Source: a virus. From it: DNA of 64,000 nucleotides. The translations under genes and the position numbers were made by a program. The notes beneath the pieces were generated by a model, which was given only the letters and a program-made list of their open reading frames with translations, ran no database searches and was not told the DNA's origin. Shown piece after piece: positions 17,425 to 26,881 of the stretch. The number at the start of each line of letters is the position of its first letter. Within the stretch, counting starts at the first letter, position 1. The DNA is taken from the IMG/VR virus record IMGVR_UViG_3300042896_000657, positions 49,981 through 113,980 of that record. One strand, 5' to 3'.

Positions 17425-18305
17425 TTGTTATCCATTTAAGTTACATTCGACGCGAAACAGTCCGGCTGCCGATAAGATTGTAGGTTGATAAATAACACTC
17501 GGCGGCCTATAGTCGTTAAATAAACCGTGAAAGCGGTATAAAGTGAATTAGTTTGACTGAACTAGTTTGCGCATCGTGAGATGTTAAGTAGGCAAGCAGG
17601 ATATCATTTATCCTTTAGTACCGAGGGTGACACTGTAGGGAAAGTGGATAGATGATTAGGCGATGTGGGTCGTCTGATTGAGCTCGGAAGAGCAATAAGA
17701 ATAACCTGTAGAATATATGCAAGAAATATACCTCCAAGTATGTAATTGCGTTATTCAATATAAGAGAAATCTTAAAATCGAAAGGTAAGATGATGTACAG
17801 GTGGTGCTGTTATTGTCCTCAAAATTAATCTACCAAGGTTTTTATTGAGAAGATTTCTTAAAGTATGGAGGTAGGGATACTTCAGAGAGTAGTCGAGTAT
17901 TTTGTTGTTCAAAAGATAACAAAGCTTAGGGTAAGCCACTACTTTCATAATCCATAAGTCTAAACTAAATTTGCTACTATGATGCAATATCTAAAATCAA
18001 ATTAAGCTTAAGCGCTTACCAGCTACGGACGAAAGATGCTTACATAGTACTGGGTTGTCCAGTGCCATTTAAGACCGCAAGTCAAGAATGATTCTTTTGA
18101 AAGACTTATAGTACCGCAAGTACGAATCAGGCTCGCAAGCTTGAATAGGGGTGAGTAGGAGGAGAGTAGTCCAATACAAGTAGCTCTAAGAGTGGTTCAC
18201 TTAAATAACCAGCATTGTCAGAGTAGGGATCAAAAGTTCCTGGATAAGAGAAGAATAAATAATGTCTCAAAAGCTTTGACGTCAAGACTGTAATCTCAGG
18301 TCTTT
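17425..18305 (+). ncRNA. large structured ncRNA, GOLLD-like
   Basis: About 880 nt without a credible ORF, GC-richer, many GNRA hairpins (GTGA, GAAA, GCAA), 3' end GACTGTAATCTCAGGTC, embedded in a phage tRNA array. Confidence 0.7.
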
Positions 18306-18309
18306 TTAT

Positions 18310-18389
18310 GCCTCGGTGGTGGAATTGGTAGTCACGCTGGCTTTAAGCGTCAGTCCGAAAGGGTGAGGGTTCGAGTCCCTCCTGGGGTA
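18310..18389 (+). tRNA. tRNA-Leu(TAA)
   Basis: Class II cloverleaf, loop TTTAAGC, A73. Confidence 0.88.
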
Positions 18390-18396
18390 CTAATAT

Positions 18397-18541
18397 TGTA
18401 GTGTGATGAAACTGGCAGACATTGCCCTCCTGTCTCGGGGGTGAGGATCAACTGATAAACGTAGGATAGATGGGTTGACCACAAGCTAGCAATGTCCTAC
18501 AGCTAAAGTCCTCGTGAGTGGTTCGAATCCCTCCACTACAG
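18397..18541 (+). ncRNA. tRNA-like RNA, GTC-centred loop, about 73-nt pseudoknotted variable arm
   Basis: TGTAGTG/CACTACA G73; GCCCTC-CTGTCTC-GGGGGT; V arm closed by GAGGA/TCCTC. Confidence 0.7.
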
Positions 18542-18549
18542 CAAAATAT

Positions 18550-18652
18550 AGTCAGGTGGCGTAATGGTAACGTGTCACCCTCCAGGTTGAGATAACAGCT
18601 AATGGCACTCTGTATGATAAAGAAGATACAGGTTCGAATCCTGTCCTGACTA
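18550..18652 (+). ncRNA. tRNA-Leu-scaffold RNA, copy 3
   Basis: Same conserved termini, unrelated cargo. Confidence 0.75.
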
Positions 18653-18673
18653 CAATTGATTAATGGAAACTTT

Positions 18674-18747
18674 ACCTGGGTGGCGGAACTGGCAGACGCA
18701 GCGGCCTTAGAAGTCGTAAGGTGAGGGTTCGAATCCCTCTCTGGGTA
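18674..18747 (+). tRNA. tRNA-Leu(TAG) with short variable region
   Basis: Leu D arm, loop CTTAGAA, only AAGGT between anticodon and T arms. Confidence 0.82.
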
Positions 18748-18766
18748 CTATATTAAATTTAATGTT

Positions 18767-19273
18767 ATGGAATTTAAAATTTTATCTTCTGGAAAACCTG
18801 TTATAGATATAATCTCATACATTAAAGATTATATTAAACAATTTGAAAATACTCACTTCATCGAAGTAATTATTGGTTCAGATTCACAAAACAGAAAGCG
18901 TAAAACACAATACGCTACGGTTATATTACTACATAAAACTGATTATGATTCAGGTATTGGAAAAGGTGGACATGTTCTATATAAAACAGAATCATCAGAT
19001 AGACCATACACCATCACAGAATCTGAGCGTAAAGACCACAGATCAAAACGTTTACTAAATGAAGCCTGGAAGTCAATCGAGGTAGCTGAAATGCTACGTA
19101 CTAATGGAATAAACGTTGATGTTATTGATTTAGATATGAATCCTGATCCTAAATATAGATCAAATGATGTACTTGCTCAAGCTACTGGTTGGGCAGAAGG
19201 AATGGGATATAGAGTAAGATGTAAACCTGATGCTATGTCTGCTTCATATGCTGCTGATTCATTAGTTAAATAA
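18767..19273 (+). CDS. RNase H-like YkuK (DUF458) family protein
   Basis: IIGSDSQ, RLLNEAWKS, DLDMN, KPDAMSASYAAD motifs. Confidence 0.82.
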   Translation: MEFKILSSGKPVIDIISYIKDYIKQFENTHFIEVIIGSDSQNRKRKTQYATVILLHKTDYDSGIGKGGHVLYKTESSDRPYTITESERKDHRSKRLLNEAWKSIEVAEMLRTNGINVDVIDLDMNPDPKYRSNDVLAQATGWAEGMGYRVRCKPDAMSASYAADSLVK

Positions 19274-19311
19274 AATATTTTAGTCAGGATTATTTTATTA
19301 TATTTCTATAT

Positions 19312-19515
19312 ATGAAAAGAAATAAAATACCATTTATTCATCCTAACCAATATGCTGCATTCGATCAAAATATGAAAGTATTTGCAGGATATAAGGATGG
19401 TTATCCATTATGGTCTAATAATGCAAATGATTTTAAGTATATAAATGATACATCCCATCCTAAAGCACTTAGAGATTGGTTTCCTGAAAAACAAATTGAA
19501 TTAATTAAAATATAA
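19312..19515 (+). CDS. hypothetical protein
   Basis: ORF after promoter motif. Confidence 0.65.
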   Translation: MKRNKIPFIHPNQYAAFDQNMKVFAGYKDGYPLWSNNANDFKYINDTSHPKALRDWFPEKQIELIKI

Positions 19516-19518
19516 ATT

Positions 19519-19707
19519 ATGGCTGCAAAAAGCAAAAATAAATACGATGTATTTAATTGGATTAAAGATAAAGTTATTCCATCATGTAAAACACTCCAAC
19601 AAAGTGTGGTTTGTGAAAAATTAATTCACAATTTTCAAGAAGTATATAATGACTACGAATTAACTAGACTATTAATGTTAGACTGTGTATATTATGAAAA
19701 TGTTTAA
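19519..19707 (+). CDS. hypothetical protein
   Basis: Tightly packed ORF. Confidence 0.65.
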   Translation: MAAKSKNKYDVFNWIKDKVIPSCKTLQQSVVCEKLIHNFQEVYNDYELTRLLMLDCVYYENV

Positions 19708-19960
19708 ATTATTTAAGAGAGTGGATCCAATATTCGTTGTTGGGTTCCCTATGACTATAAAAGGAGATCAAGTAGATTCATTTCATGAACAATTAATGAA
19801 AGAATTGAAAGGATATCATGTTCTAGCATATAGAGATAATACAATAAAAGCTATTAAATTTGAATGCTTTAATTGTGAAATTAACGAAATTGAATTTAAT
19901 GAATTGAAAGAAAAATTATATAAAACCGTTATCAATAATGAAAGCAATATTAGAGTTTAA
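19694..19960 (+). CDS. hypothetical protein
   Basis: Tightly packed ORF; first ATG used. Confidence 0.6.
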   Translation: MKMFKLFKRVDPIFVVGFPMTIKGDQVDSFHEQLMKELKGYHVLAYRDNTIKAIKFECFNCEINEIEFNELKEKLYKTVINNESNIRV

Positions 19961-20162
19961 TCTACCAGAAGATAATATAGAATATGAATTAGTAAATAAT
20001 GCTGGAAAAATGCATTCAGTTTTATGGGATATGGATCAATGGTTAAGAGCACAATACAAATATATGCCAGATGAAGAATATAATGAAGTTGCATATAATA
20101 CATATTTAAAATGTAGAGAACAACTACGTGAATTATTAAATGAAAAAAATATAGATTTATAA
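19938..20162 (+). CDS. conserved phage hypothetical (MKAILEFNLPED type)
   Basis: Recognisable small phage family N-terminus. Confidence 0.75.
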   Translation: MKAILEFNLPEDNIEYELVNNAGKMHSVLWDMDQWLRAQYKYMPDEEYNEVAYNTYLKCREQLRELLNEKNIDL

Positions 20163-20174
20163 ATAATATAAATT

Positions 20175-20390
20175 ATGAAACTAAGCAATAAACGTAAATT
20201 TTTATTCTGTTATAATCATTTTACAGAAATGATTACTATTACTTATAAAGATTCTACATTTGATAAACAAAGATTAAGACATAAAGATTGGATGCCTAGG
20301 GTGTTTGAATGTAATAGTAGTGAAGTAATGGATAATATTAGATATTATAGAAAGAAAAATCCTAATGTTTTTATATCTAAAATAACTTAA
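20175..20390 (+). CDS. hypothetical protein
   Basis: ORF. Confidence 0.6.
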   Translation: MKLSNKRKFLFCYNHFTEMITITYKDSTFDKQRLRHKDWMPRVFECNSSEVMDNIRYYRKKNPNVFISKIT

Positions 20391-20427
20391 ACCAATATAA
20401 ATAATTTAGATAAAACAATAGAAAGTT

Positions 20428-20613
20428 ATGAATAAAGAAGATACATATTCAATACCTATTTACGAAAATGGGGTGAAGACAAAATGGACAGTTGATGGTA
20501 TAATTGGTGATGAGAGATATTTTAAATTATTAGAGTTGGGTAATGGAAAAGATTTACCCGATATGATTCACACGACAACGAATGGTATGATACTGAAAAA
20601 TCAAAAACAATAA
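20428..20613 (+). CDS. hypothetical protein
   Basis: ORF. Confidence 0.6.
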   Translation: MNKEDTYSIPIYENGVKTKWTVDGIIGDERYFKLLELGNGKDLPDMIHTTTNGMILKNQKQ

Positions 20614-20619
20614 ATAAAT

Positions 20620-21177
20620 ATGAACAACCTAGATAACCAATCCACAGATTTAATTGGTGATTGCTATAAAAAGTATTATACTGAATGGAGTAAAAGCGTT
20701 CCAGGTGATGGTACATTTAGTTCTAATGAATATTCGTCACCTTCAAAATATGAAGCATGTAATTTTACAAAAGAAGAATTCATCAACAAAATTAAAACAG
20801 ATGATGAGTTTGCTAAGAAGTGGGGAGTTAAAGTTGAAGTAAGAGAGTTGACAATTTACGAAAGAGCAAACCTATACGTGAAAAAAATAGTAAAAGAATA
20901 TAAAGATGCTACTCCAAAAGAAATATGGGAGGGAGTTAGAGATAATTTTATATTTGGATTTTTAGGAGCAATGCTTGTAGTATTCATTGCCACCAGAACA
21001 GATCTGGCAGTTCTAGTAGGATATATTACATATTATTTATATATGGGTAGAATTGTAAATAGACCTAAATATATTACTGATTTAGGAAGATTAATAGTAT
21101 TCCCAATTCCATCATCAGTAGGTGCATTTGTAGGATATAAATTAAGTTATTTAGTACATCAATATTTATTGGTATGA
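20620..21177 (+). CDS. membrane protein (soluble N-half, multi-TM C-half)
   Basis: Hydrophobic segments in C-terminal half. Confidence 0.7.
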   Translation: MNNLDNQSTDLIGDCYKKYYTEWSKSVPGDGTFSSNEYSSPSKYEACNFTKEEFINKIKTDDEFAKKWGVKVEVRELTIYERANLYVKKIVKEYKDATPKEIWEGVRDNFIFGFLGAMLVVFIATRTDLAVLVGYITYYLYMGRIVNRPKYITDLGRLIVFPIPSSVGAFVGYKLSYLVHQYLLV

Positions 21178-21809
21178 AAATAATATTATTATCCTTATTA
21201 TTAGTTGTTAGTTTTACAATTAATGCTCAAACAGTAGTATTAAAACATAAAACATATACATCAACATATGATACTATAAAAAACTATCCAATAATGGTAG
21301 AATATTGGTTAACTAAAGCAATGTTGGTATGTCATGTTAGAATACCTAGAGGAACAAAATTTATGCCTGATCCACTATTAAAAAAAGAAACAGATCTACA
21401 ATCGAGTTATGATAAGTCTGGTTACGATAGAGGGCACAATATGAATGCTGAGGATAACAGATGTGATCAAATAGGAATGAATGAATCATTCTACTTCAGT
21501 AACATGACTCCACAAGATCCAAGATTAAATAGAGGTGTTTGGAAGTCACTTGAAACTAAAGTAAGAGAGACGGCAGCACTAGATGACAGTATTAAAGTAT
21601 GGATGGGTTCAGTTGGTGAAATTAAAAAAATAGGTAAATTATCAATTCCTACTCATTGTTGGAAAGTAATTTATGATAATAAAACTAAACAATATCAAGC
21701 TTGGATATTCCCAAACATATCTCCAAAAATTATGGAAGTAGATAATTATAAATCAACGGTTGAAGATGTTGAGAAATTATCTAAATTAAAATTTGTAATA
21801 TCAAAATAA
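21174..21809 (+). CDS. secreted DNA/RNA non-specific endonuclease
   Basis: Signal peptide; YDRGH, SFYFSNMTPQ, LNRGVWKSLE. Confidence 0.92.
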   Translation: MKIILLSLLLVVSFTINAQTVVLKHKTYTSTYDTIKNYPIMVEYWLTKAMLVCHVRIPRGTKFMPDPLLKKETDLQSSYDKSGYDRGHNMNAEDNRCDQIGMNESFYFSNMTPQDPRLNRGVWKSLETKVRETAALDDSIKVWMGSVGEIKKIGKLSIPTHCWKVIYDNKTKQYQAWIFPNISPKIMEVDNYKSTVEDVEKLSKLKFVISK

Positions 21810-21827
21810 AATTAGTATATTAAGGTT

Positions 21828-22505
21828 ATGAAAATAATATTAATAAGTGACACACACAACAGACACAGAGAAGTAACAGTACCTAATGGTGATATTCTAA
21901 TACATTCAGGAGACTTTTCAGGTAGAGGAAATCCTTATGAAGTTGAAGATTTCTTAGAATGGTTCACATCCCATCCCCACACTAATAAAATATTCATAGC
22001 AGGTAATCATGATGTGTCTTTTGAAGATAAACCAGAATGGTTAAAAGATATGTTAGATAAATTACCTCCTAATATATTTTATTTAGAAGATAGCTCAGTG
22101 ATTATTGATGAAATTAAATTTTATGGATCACCATGGCAACCAGAATTTCATAATTGGGCATTTAATCTAGTAAGAGGTCCTGAATTAGCTGAAAAATGGG
22201 CTAAAATTCCATTAGATACAAATGTATTAATTACTCATGGGCCTGCTTATGGATATTTAGATTATACAATATTCGGTCATCAAAATGTAGGATGCCATGA
22301 TTTGCTTGAAAGAATACAAGAAGTAAAACCCCAAATACATACTTGTGGTCATATTCATCATTCACACGGAAGTAAATACGATGAATATACAATGTATTTT
22401 AATGCTTCTATATGTGATGAAAGATATCAACCAACAAATAAACCATGGATTGTTGATTTAGATCTTGATACTAAAAAGATAATCGACTACTTCCAAGCAG
22501 ATTAG
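21828..22505 (+). CDS. calcineurin-like metallophosphoesterase
   Basis: SDTH, HSGD, AGNHD, THGP, CGHIH. Confidence 0.92.
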   Translation: MKIILISDTHNRHREVTVPNGDILIHSGDFSGRGNPYEVEDFLEWFTSHPHTNKIFIAGNHDVSFEDKPEWLKDMLDKLPPNIFYLEDSSVIIDEIKFYGSPWQPEFHNWAFNLVRGPELAEKWAKIPLDTNVLITHGPAYGYLDYTIFGHQNVGCHDLLERIQEVKPQIHTCGHIHHSHGSKYDEYTMYFNASICDERYQPTNKPWIVDLDLDTKKIIDYFQAD

Positions 22506-22556
22506 AGTGGGAATATCACAATAAATTAGTTATATTGAATTTAAATAAATAGTTAT

Positions 22557-22796
22557 ATGGATGTAATAGAAAATATTATAATAGAATTTCACCAAGACGA
22601 TAATGTCGTTTATGTTACTCGAGAAGATTATTTAGATAAAAATTTTAAATTAAAAACTAAGTATCTCTTTAGCTATGGTACTTTATCAGGTAATAGGAAA
22701 ACACGTATAAATACCTATTATAAATCAATAGCTGGTGTAATGAAACAATTCAATAAAGCAGTTGATGCAATTAAAAACGGAACTAAAATAAAATAA
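22557..22796 (+). CDS. hypothetical protein
   Basis: ORF after promoter motif. Confidence 0.65.
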   Translation: MDVIENIIIEFHQDDNVVYVTREDYLDKNFKLKTKYLFSYGTLSGNRKTRINTYYKSIAGVMKQFNKAVDAIKNGTKIK

Positions 22797-22798
22797 AT

Positions 22799-23044
22799 AT
22801 GGCTGATTATAGTAAACAATGGTGCGAATTAAATGATTCAGATAGGTCTTTTGATTTTGATATTTTTAAAGAATTTGAAAAATTATCTAAAAATCATTAT
22901 ATTTCAATGATATGTGAGGGATTTGGATTTATAGCAATAATGAGAGATCATGAAGATAGATGCTTATTAGCATTTGATGATGATGGTGAAATTATATGGG
23001 AAGAATATGATCAATTTATAAATAGAACTATAGAATTAAAATAA
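22799..23044 (+). CDS. hypothetical protein
   Basis: ORF. Confidence 0.7.
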   Translation: MADYSKQWCELNDSDRSFDFDIFKEFEKLSKNHYISMICEGFGFIAIMRDHEDRCLLAFDDDGEIIWEEYDQFINRTIELK

Positions 23045-23058
23045 TAAAATAAAACAAT

Positions 23059-23955
23059 ATGAGCAAAATAAGTCCAGATAAATTAATGATTAGTAGCGAC
23101 TTCTACTCAGTACAGGGTGAAGGTCGATCAACAGGAGTACCATCATATTTCATTCGCTTAGGCCTATGTAATTTAACTTGTGGTTTTTCACGAACATTTG
23201 GAAATCAATTATTAAAAGATAAATCATTAGAGGATGGAGAAATCTTCAAAGGTGATTTAGAATTAGAAGGTAAAGCTAGCTGGACTTGTGATAGTACAAG
23301 TCAGTGGTTATGGAGAGGTGTTGATAAAGACTTTCAATACCTAATTGATCAATGGAAAGAACAAGGTATTTATCAAGATATTTTAGATGGAGTAATTCAT
23401 TTGATTTGGACAGGTGGAGAACCAACAATTAAAGGTCATCAAGTATCTATTGTTAATTTTCATAAATACTGGAGTGAATTAGAGAAAGATAATATACAGA
23501 CGAAAGTAGAATTATATGATGGTTTAACTGGTAAGATATGGACGTATTATAAACCAATAAATGTATTTAATGAAATTGAAACTAATGGTACTATATATAT
23601 TGAAGATGATTTATTTTATCAATTAGACCAAATCAATTGCTCCCCAAAATTAACAAATTCAGGTATGGCTGAAAAACAACGTATTGTCCCTGCAGCTATT
23701 AAACGTATAATGGAACATGGAAATTACCAATTTAAATTTGTTATATCAACCGAAGATGATGTTAAGGAATTATTCCGTGACTTTGTAGAACCATTTAATA
23801 TACCATTGAAAAACGTAATTTGTATGCCTGGATTAGATGATCAAGCAGATTTTCATGAGCGCACTCAATTCTGTTTAGAAATGGGAAAAAAATACAAATT
23901 TACAGCCTTAACACGCTTACATATCTCAGCATGGAATAAAACGCTTAATGTATAA
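23059..23955 (+). CDS. queE: 7-carboxy-7-deazaguanine synthase-like radical SAM protein
   Basis: FYSVQGEG, RLGLCNLTC...CDS, TGGEP, ETNG, SPK, RLH. Confidence 0.85.
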   Translation: MSKISPDKLMISSDFYSVQGEGRSTGVPSYFIRLGLCNLTCGFSRTFGNQLLKDKSLEDGEIFKGDLELEGKASWTCDSTSQWLWRGVDKDFQYLIDQWKEQGIYQDILDGVIHLIWTGGEPTIKGHQVSIVNFHKYWSELEKDNIQTKVELYDGLTGKIWTYYKPINVFNEIETNGTIYIEDDLFYQLDQINCSPKLTNSGMAEKQRIVPAAIKRIMEHGNYQFKFVISTEDDVKELFRDFVEPFNIPLKNVICMPGLDDQADFHERTQFCLEMGKKYKFTALTRLHISAWNKTLNV

Positions 23956-23957
23956 TT

Positions 23958-24113
23958 ATGGCTACAGAAAAAATTAATCATGAAATACTAAATACAATAC
24001 TTCAATTAATTGAAATATTACATGAAATTGAGGATGTTGATACTTTAGGAAATACTATTAGTATTAAAGCAAAAATAGTAAATAAAATTGATCACTTATT
24101 AGATGATTTATAA
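23958..24113 (+). CDS. small hypothetical protein (51 aa)
   Basis: Fills gap between queE and PRTase, TAATG coupling. Confidence 0.6.
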   Translation: MATEKINHEILNTILQLIEILHEIEDVDTLGNTISIKAKIVNKIDHLLDDL

Positions 24114-24523
24114 TGAATAAAATTTATTTATCTTGGGATGATGTTAATCATTTAGTTGATAAATTAGCTATTGAAATTAATAGCTACCCAACACAACCAA
24201 CATATGTAACAGGATTAGCCAGAGGAGGATTAATTCCTGCAGTTATGTTATCTCATAAAACAAATTTAAAATATATATCTAGTGATAAATTAAATACAGT
24301 TCCATATATTGATGTATTAATTGTTGATGATATTGCTGATTCAGGAGAAACATTAAGCCAATATACATCTTGGAATACTGCTGTATTACATTATAAATTA
24401 CAATCAGAACATATTCCAACATATTATGCAGAAATAGTACCTGATAATATATGGATGAGTTACCCATGGGAAAAAGACGATGCTAGACCAATTCAGGATT
24501 ATTTAAAAAATGATAAAAAATGA
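24113..24523 (+). CDS. purine phosphoribosyltransferase (Gpt-like)
   Basis: GLARGGLIPA, LIVDDIADSGET, YPWE. Confidence 0.9.
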   Translation: MNKIYLSWDDVNHLVDKLAIEINSYPTQPTYVTGLARGGLIPAVMLSHKTNLKYISSDKLNTVPYIDVLIVDDIADSGETLSQYTSWNTAVLHYKLQSEHIPTYYAEIVPDNIWMSYPWEKDDARPIQDYLKNDKK

Positions 24524-24764
24524 AGAATATACAGATGGATTTGAAAATTATGATCAGCGTATAGCTAATCTACTATTATTTATTAAACAACAAAATGCAC
24601 AAGCGCTTCGAGAAGAAGCATTTATAAATTGTCACAATAAAAATATTACATTTAAAACGAAAAAGAAACACAAATCAAAAGCTCAAGTAAGGAGAGAGCA
24701 ATTACAAAAATTACAAAAACAAGTGCCCAAAATGGGTAACGTTTCAAAATTTTTTAACTTTTAA
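24510..24764 (+). CDS. hypothetical protein
   Basis: ORF. Confidence 0.6.
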   Translation: MIKNEEYTDGFENYDQRIANLLLFIKQQNAQALREEAFINCHNKNITFKTKKKHKSKAQVRREQLQKLQKQVPKMGNVSKFFNF

Positions 24765-24777
24765 ACTTAAAACAGTT

Positions 24778-25326
24778 ATGATTTACAAGTACAGTAAAAA
24801 AGAATTATTATTTAAAAACGTATTTTTAAAATACGTGTCAACAACATTATTATCATTTTTATTATTAATTACAGTTACGGCATTATTATCATTTCATTAT
24901 GGGAAAGAAAAAGGTGTTAGTTCATTATCAAATGAAGAAAAAACAGTTATAATTGAAAAAATAGATCCATTTAAAGTAGTGGAATTAAAAGAATATTTAG
25001 TTGATCTAAATGTTAAATTTCCTGATGTTGTTTATGCTCAAGCAAGATTAGAAACTAATGGTTTTAAATCTAAAATATTTAAAGAAAATAACAATTTATT
25101 TGGGATGAAGACAGCAACTAAACGCTCTTCAACTAATAAAGGAGAACAACATGGTCATGCTTATTATGATAATTGGAGAGAATCAGTATTGGACTTTGCA
25201 TTATGGCAATGTAGATATTTGTCTACTATTAATACTAGAGAAGAATATTTAAGATATTTAAAAGCAAATTATGCTGAGGATCCTAATTATATAAATAAAC
25301 TAAATAAATTATTAAATGAAGAATGA
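24778..25326 (+). CDS. membrane-anchored GH73-like glucosaminidase
   Basis: AQARLET, NNLFGMK, YAEDPNY; N-terminal TM. Confidence 0.85.
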   Translation: MIYKYSKKELLFKNVFLKYVSTTLLSFLLLITVTALLSFHYGKEKGVSSLSNEEKTVIIEKIDPFKVVELKEYLVDLNVKFPDVVYAQARLETNGFKSKIFKENNNLFGMKTATKRSSTNKGEQHGHAYYDNWRESVLDFALWQCRYLSTINTREEYLRYLKANYAEDPNYINKLNKLLNEE

Positions 25327-25519
25327 TATTTCCCAAAGTATAGTCTCAGAATCTATGATTCAAGAATTAAGAATTGAATTATCTAATGATAAAAGATATA
25401 AATTAGCATTTCATGAATTAGAAAAGGAAATACAATCTTTACCATTCAGAACAACTGAAGATTTAATTAATATATCTAAATTAACATCTAAAATTAAAAA
25501 TGATTTTAATATTATTTAA
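25316..25519 (+). CDS. hypothetical protein
   Basis: ORF. Confidence 0.6.
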   Translation: MKNDISQSIVSESMIQELRIELSNDKRYKLAFHELEKEIQSLPFRTTEDLINISKLTSKIKNDFNII

Positions 25520-25556
25520 TATTGGATTGTCATAGTTTGTTTCGTATCTTGATGGT

Positions 25557-25736
25557 ATGAAAAAAGCAATAAAAATACAAGCTGAACAAATTGGAGATAA
25601 ATGGTATGTAGTTGGAGATGGTTTAAAAATGCCTGTCCCTTCTCAAGAACATGCTATTGTTATATCTAATTATTTGATGACTGCTGAAGTGCCTGATCCT
25701 AATTTTAATCCTGGTAGAAGGAAAAAATCAGTGTAG
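25557..25736 (+). CDS. small hypothetical protein, probably leaderless
   Basis: ATG immediately after promoter motif. Confidence 0.6.
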   Translation: MKKAIKIQAEQIGDKWYVVGDGLKMPVPSQEHAIVISNYLMTAEVPDPNFNPGRRKKSV

Positions 25737-25798
25737 TGTCACAATCCACCTCGTATATTAACGTATTAGATAATTAAAACAAATAAAACAAAAAGGTT

Positions 25799-26584
25799 AT
25801 GAAAAATCAAACATTAACATTAGATCAAGTTAAAGAAAAATGTCCAACTGCATTTACAATGCAAGCTTCACCTGCAACCACTACTGAACGTTACACTCAC
25901 ATTCCAACATCAGTAGTAATTGAGGATTTAATGAAATTAGGTTGGCAACCAACCGAGGCTAAACAAGTTAAGGCTCGTAAGAATATAGGTTATCAAAAAC
26001 ACTTAATCACATTTACTAATCCTAATATTATGATTAAAGGTGAAGGTGGTGATGATGTTCAACCAACAGTATTACTAACTAATTCACATGATGGAAAAAA
26101 TGCATTCCATTTTCAAGTTGGATTAATTAGATTCGTTTGTGAGAATGGATTAGTAATTAGTGATCAAGATTTCGCTAAAGTTTCAATTCGTCACACTGGT
26201 TATTCATTTGAGGAATTACAGGTAAAGATTGCTGGTGTAATTGAGAAATTACCAAATTTAGTAGAAAAAATTAATATATTTAAAACTACTGAATTAAGTG
26301 ATGAACAAGTAATTGAATTTGCAACTAAAGCATCACAACTTCGTTTCAATAACGATAAATCAGAAACTGTAGTTGATATTAATGGATTATTAGTAGTTGA
26401 ACGTGTTGAGGATGAAGGTAATGATTTATGGTCTGTTTTCAATCGTGTTCAGGAAAAATTGATTAATGGTAATTTTAGCTATGGAAGAAAAAACCGTAAA
26501 GCTAGGTCAATTAAAAATTTCACTCAAGATTTAAATATTAATAAAGATCTTTGGGAAGTTGCTAATGACTATGTATTAGTATAA
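25799..26584 (+). CDS. DUF932/DUF945 family protein
   Basis: LTNSHDG, RFVCENGLV, LWSVFNRVQE. Confidence 0.85.
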   Translation: MKNQTLTLDQVKEKCPTAFTMQASPATTTERYTHIPTSVVIEDLMKLGWQPTEAKQVKARKNIGYQKHLITFTNPNIMIKGEGGDDVQPTVLLTNSHDGKNAFHFQVGLIRFVCENGLVISDQDFAKVSIRHTGYSFEELQVKIAGVIEKLPNLVEKINIFKTTELSDEQVIEFATKASQLRFNNDKSETVVDINGLLVVERVEDEGNDLWSVFNRVQEKLINGNFSYGRKNRKARSIKNFTQDLNINKDLWEVANDYVLV

Positions 26585-26642
26585 CATCATAGGAGGCTCG
26601 TCAGGGCCTCCTCATTATATTAATGTATGAGATAAAAAAGAT

Positions 26643-26762
26643 ATGAAAAATAAAATTATGAATCAACAAGAGATTAAAGAATGGATTGATAGATGGTCAA
26701 AATTAAAACCATCCTCTAAAAGGGATATGGTTATTAAGATTTGGTCAAGATTATTAAAATAA
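26643..26762 (+). CDS. small hypothetical protein (39 aa)
   Basis: GATATG start after promoter motif. Confidence 0.5.
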   Translation: MKNKIMNQQEIKEWIDRWSKLKPSSKRDMVIKIWSRLLK

Positions 26763-26765
26763 TAT

Positions 26766-26872
26766 AGTCAGGTGGCGGAATGGTAGACGCTAGAAGTGAA
26801 TAGATAAGTAAGTGTATTGTCGCTTAAACAACTTTGCTACTTATCATACAGGTTCGAATCCTGTCCTGACCA
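26766..26872 (+). ncRNA. tRNA-Leu-scaffold RNA, copy 4
   Basis: Conserved termini; cargo stem GATAAGTA/TACTTATC. Confidence 0.8.
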
Positions 26873-26881
26873 CACAAAAAA

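Noticed and set aside
14775-17987. ORF-track calls overlapping tRNAs and the large ncRNA (14775, 15168, 15718, 16112, 16394, 16781, 17772)
   Set aside because: Shadows of GC-richer RNA genes.
17425-18305. rRNA fragment, RNase P RNA or group I/II intron
   Set aside because: No recognisable conserved cores and no interrupted host gene.
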